55,987 nucleotides of DNA from a virus (lineage: Duplodnaviria; Caudoviricetes), in the IMG/VR virus record IMGVR_UViG_3300044675_001342, positions 1 to 55,987 of that record; one strand, written 5' to 3'. A program made the translations under genes and the position numbers. The notes beneath the pieces were generated by a model that worked only from the letters and a program-made list of their open reading frames with translations, was not told the DNA's origin and made no database searches. Of the stretch, positions 53,400 through 55,987 are shown in pieces (positions within the stretch are counted from its first letter, which is position 1; the number at the start of each line of letters is the position of its first letter).

Positions 53400-54941
53400 T
53401 TAGTAATAAGCCGCCGCTCTGCGACGGAACAATTTGGGTTCGTCTTTCTCATCCGTGTCCAACGTGATAAACCCGCCTTGGCGAAACCGCATCAGCGCTT
53501 GGCTGGTTGTGTCCACGTAATCGTCATTATCACCGTTGGGGAAGGCCGCGACCTCCTCAATAACTTCCCGCGCCCAGCGCGTATCCGGTGCCCACACTCT
53601 ACCCGAAGCAAACAAATCGGCAATGGCGTTGACCCGCACGATCTTGTCGTTGCCCCGGCTGGGACTGAACTCCTGCACCGGGATGCCCATAACCCGCAGT
53701 TCTTGGATCAGCGGTGCCCCAGCGGCTTTTTTCTCCACAATGATGGAGTCGGGCTCCCACTCCTTGTAGTGCTTGAAAGCTATGGCCTTGAGTTCAGGAA
53801 ATTCCATCCGGTCTTTGAACGCGTCCAGCAGTATGATTTGCGCTTCGTCGCGCTCATTTTCGTTGTAGAACACGCCCCATGTGGTGCAGGCTGAATAGTC
53901 GGCCCTGCTCTTGGCTTCAAAGGCCGTGTCCCACGACTGGATGATGTACTCACACTTGGGCGGCTCCTCGGGCTCCCATATGCGCCAGAGCTTGCGGGAA
54001 ATTATGGCGGCGGCGTTGCTTGTGGGCTGTTGCATGTACTGGGCGTTCCAGTACTGGGGGTCGATGGATGCCTTGGTTGTCTTCAAGGTGGCCAGCGGCC
54101 ACTGCTCTGGCCAGAGGGATTTCTCGTCCTCGGTGCCATCGTTCAAGATGGCCGGAAGCTCCACAATCTCCCACGGCAGGGAGTCCGGGTTGCGGCTTTG
54201 GTAGTCAATCAGCCGCCCGGTCAGGTCAAGCTTGCCCCAGCGCGTCATCACAATAATGATTGCCCCTCCGGGCATCAGGCGCTGCAACGGGCCAGTCTGG
54301 AACCAACTCCATGCCGTGTCAAAAGCTAGGCGGCTGTTGGCCTTTACGTCCTGCTCCGAGTGCGGGTCGTCGATCACAAACAAGTCCGCGCCACGACCGG
54401 CAAGCGCACCGCCCACACCCGCAGCGTAGTACTGGCCCCCTGCGGCGGTACTCCATTTACCCGCAGCCTTTTGGTCGTCGGCCACCACCGTCTTTGGAAA
54501 AATCTCACCGTAGTCTTCGCTGTCGATCAAGTTACGCACCCGGCGACCAAAGTCCTCGGACAGTCCAGCGGTGTGGGTGCCCATGATGATTTTCTTCTCG
54601 GGGAACTTGCCAAGGAAGTAGGCCGGGAACAAGTAGCTGCTAAATTCTGACTTACCCATACGCGGGGCGATGTTGATGATGACGCGTAGTTTGCGCCCCT
54701 CAATCACGTCTGTGAATATTTTGGCCAGCTTTCTGTGGTGCGGGCCGCTCTTAAACCCCGGATACACCGAGTTGGCAAACCCAATCATGTTGTTCTGCGC
54801 GGCCAACAGCCGGGCTCGGCGCTCACGTACCTCCAAGTCCTCAAACAACTCCATCTTCTCGGCCAACGTCATGGTTGGCAGAGCCTTCACAAGTGCGGCA
54901 ATCTCAGCTTTTGTCAGCGTGGTGATGTTTTCAAGCTGCAT
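53400..54941 (-). CDS. terL: Terminase large subunit
   Basis: APRMGKS Walker A, VIDDP Walker B, YMQQP, SWDTA, DYSA, NDDYVD nuclease motifs. Confidence 0.95.
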   Translation of the reverse strand: MQLENITTLTKAEIAALVKALPTMTLAEKMELFEDLEVRERRARLLAAQNNMIGFANSVYPGFKSGPHHRKLAKIFTDVIEGRKLRVIINIAPRMGKSEFSSYLFPAYFLGKFPEKKIIMGTHTAGLSEDFGRRVRNLIDSEDYGEIFPKTVVADDQKAAGKWSTAAGGQYYAAGVGGALAGRGADLFVIDDPHSEQDVKANSRLAFDTAWSWFQTGPLQRLMPGGAIIIVMTRWGKLDLTGRLIDYQSRNPDSLPWEIVELPAILNDGTEDEKSLWPEQWPLATLKTTKASIDPQYWNAQYMQQPTSNAAAIISRKLWRIWEPEEPPKCEYIIQSWDTAFEAKSRADYSACTTWGVFYNENERDEAQIILLDAFKDRMEFPELKAIAFKHYKEWEPDSIIVEKKAAGAPLIQELRVMGIPVQEFSPSRGNDKIVRVNAIADLFASGRVWAPDTRWAREVIEEVAAFPNGDNDDYVDTTSQALMRFRQGGFITLDTDEKDEPKLFRRRAAAYY

Positions 54942-55554
54942 CTGGGGCTGGCGTTGGGTTGTCCGTAATGATTCTGGCCGTGGGGATGTCAATATCTATG
55001 TCAGTGACCTCAACGGCGTCCACCACCCCCATGAACTTGGCCAACTTGTCCTTGATGCGCTGGTCAAGCTCGTTGTCGGTGAGCGCTTCCTTCTTGATTT
55101 CAATCTTTTCGGTGAACAACCCCACCTCGGTGACTTTACCAAGCGCTGTAAGAGCCTTGAGCCGGATACTGGCGTTGGGGTTCTTGGTTTCCTCCACCAA
55201 CTGGGCCACACAGTAGCCACGCAGTTGCTGCGCTTGGTGAATAAACTCCCAGTCGTAGGCTGTCAGCATGCTTACTAAGTGCTGGACAGCGGCGGGAGCC
55301 TTAATGTTGCTCAGGGAGCTTTTTGTCAGTTCGGTTGGCTGGCCGGTAATGATGTTGGTAAATGCCGCACGGGCAAAAGTGGCTTGCGCTTGATCCACTA
55401 CCTCGTCTTCGTCCACTGCGCCCAGACTTTTGAGCCAGTTGGCCGTCTCCACCTTGGCGTCCACGACCTGATTCACCCCCGCTTTGTTCAGCGGTGTGTA
55501 GGGTTCATCGAAAAGCTCGATGTCCGGCTCGTATTCAATTAAATGTTCCAACAT
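54931..55554 (-). CDS. terS: Putative terminase small subunit
   Basis: Directly upstream of terL; RLKALxxLGK...GLF.E motif. Confidence 0.7.
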   Translation of the reverse strand: MLEHLIEYEPDIELFDEPYTPLNKAGVNQVVDAKVETANWLKSLGAVDEDEVVDQAQATFARAAFTNIITGQPTELTKSSLSNIKAPAAVQHLVSMLTAYDWEFIHQAQQLRGYCVAQLVEETKNPNASIRLKALTALGKVTEVGLFTEKIEIKKEALTDNELDQRIKDKLAKFMGVVDAVEVTDIDIDIPTARIITDNPTPAPDAA

Positions 55555-55564
55555 GCGTAAGCCC

Positions 55565-55613
55565 TTGCAGCCTCGTTGGGGGAAGTATATACTCAGTTCC
55601 GGTGATTGTGCAA
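55565..55613. promoter_or_regulatory. Overlapping divergent promoters sharing a palindromic -10 region
   Basis: + strand TTGCAG-17-TATACT; - strand TTGCAC-18-TATACT; palindrome AGTATATACT at 55584-55593. Confidence 0.6.
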
Positions 55614-55692
55614 TTTTTTGTGCATTTGCTTCTCCCTGAGTGGGCCTGACGGCTCATTTTTAAACCCTTGGTTTGCGCCGAGGGTTTTTTTT
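55600..55692 (+). ncRNA. Candidate trans-acting small RNA with anti-RBS seed
   Basis: Promoter upstream, terminator downstream, no + strand ORF; seed UGCAUUUGCUUCUCC complementary to early-gene RBS/AUG regions. Confidence 0.55.
55662..55692 (+). terminator. Rho-independent terminator
   Basis: AAACCCTTGG-TTTGCG-CCGAGGG followed by T8; the U-G pair works only on the + strand. Confidence 0.8.
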
Positions 55693-55701
55693 ATGGGTAT
55701 T

Positions 55702-55717
55702 TGTCAATAGTTAGACA
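55702..55717. promoter_or_regulatory. Putative operator, TGTC-N8-GACA copy 3
   Basis: TGTCAATAGTTAGACA (reverse complement TGTCTAACTATTGACA). Confidence 0.5.
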
Positions 55718-55987
55718 AGGGTTTACCCTAATTTTTGTAGTAGTTTTTGGGGGTGACGTTGTTTTTCGGAGACGGGGGGTGTTCTGGGATTTTTAAAATT
55801 TTGATTTGCGGGTGCTAAACACTGTTATGTCGGAGCGGCGGCGGTGACGGCCTAATAGGGCTTCCGGGGGTACGGTGGGGTCGCCAAACCCCCGTTTTCG
55901 GGGTCAATTTGCCCTCAATCCGGTGCCAACTTGGCTATCAAACCATGCCATCCGGATAATGGATATTGTCAGTGGGGCTTTCCCCTG

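Noticed and set aside
17200-55540. Many + strand ORFs of 60-290 aa opposite the late genes (e.g. 21654-22445, 38438-39298, 47407-48153)
   Set aside because: Shadow ORFs antisense to well-supported genes, with no RBS or recognisable motifs; only 31495-32313 is retained.
55720-55987. G-run/T-run-rich non-coding end as a pac site, terminal repeat or G-quadruplex
   Set aside because: Plausible by position upstream of terS, but there is no repeat match to the window start and no specific evidence from sequence alone.

Overview
The window looks like most of a tailed dsDNA phage genome with podovirus-like organisation; the host cannot be read from the sequence. It has two converging arms. The + arm (1-17190) holds a mosaic array of small early genes, an RtcB RNA ligase and a replication module: VRR-NUC nuclease, family A DNA polymerase, Cas4/RecB-like exonuclease, SNF2 helicase, SSB-like protein, HTH regulator and primase-helicase. 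The - arm (55554 to 17129) holds terS/terL, portal, a GroES-like protein, scaffold, major capsid, tRNA-Pro(UGG) and tRNA-Tyr(GUA), small basic proteins, tail/fibre genes, a lysis cassette and large internal-virion proteins. Most notable observations: (1) the polymerase is a fractured gene, with a split intein (IntN 108 aa, IntC 26 aa) separated by an out-of-frame HNH endonuclease; (2) a candidate ~90-nt small RNA (about 55600-55692) with its own promoter and terminator, back-to-back with the late promoter, whose seed is complementary to the RBS+AUG of several early/replication genes but not to most late genes; (3) a (F/Y/M/L)xxGG motif repeated across several late proteins; (4) three copies of a TGTC-N8-GACA operator; (5) several structured intergenic RNA candidates. 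All calls come from reading motifs by eye; no database searches were run.
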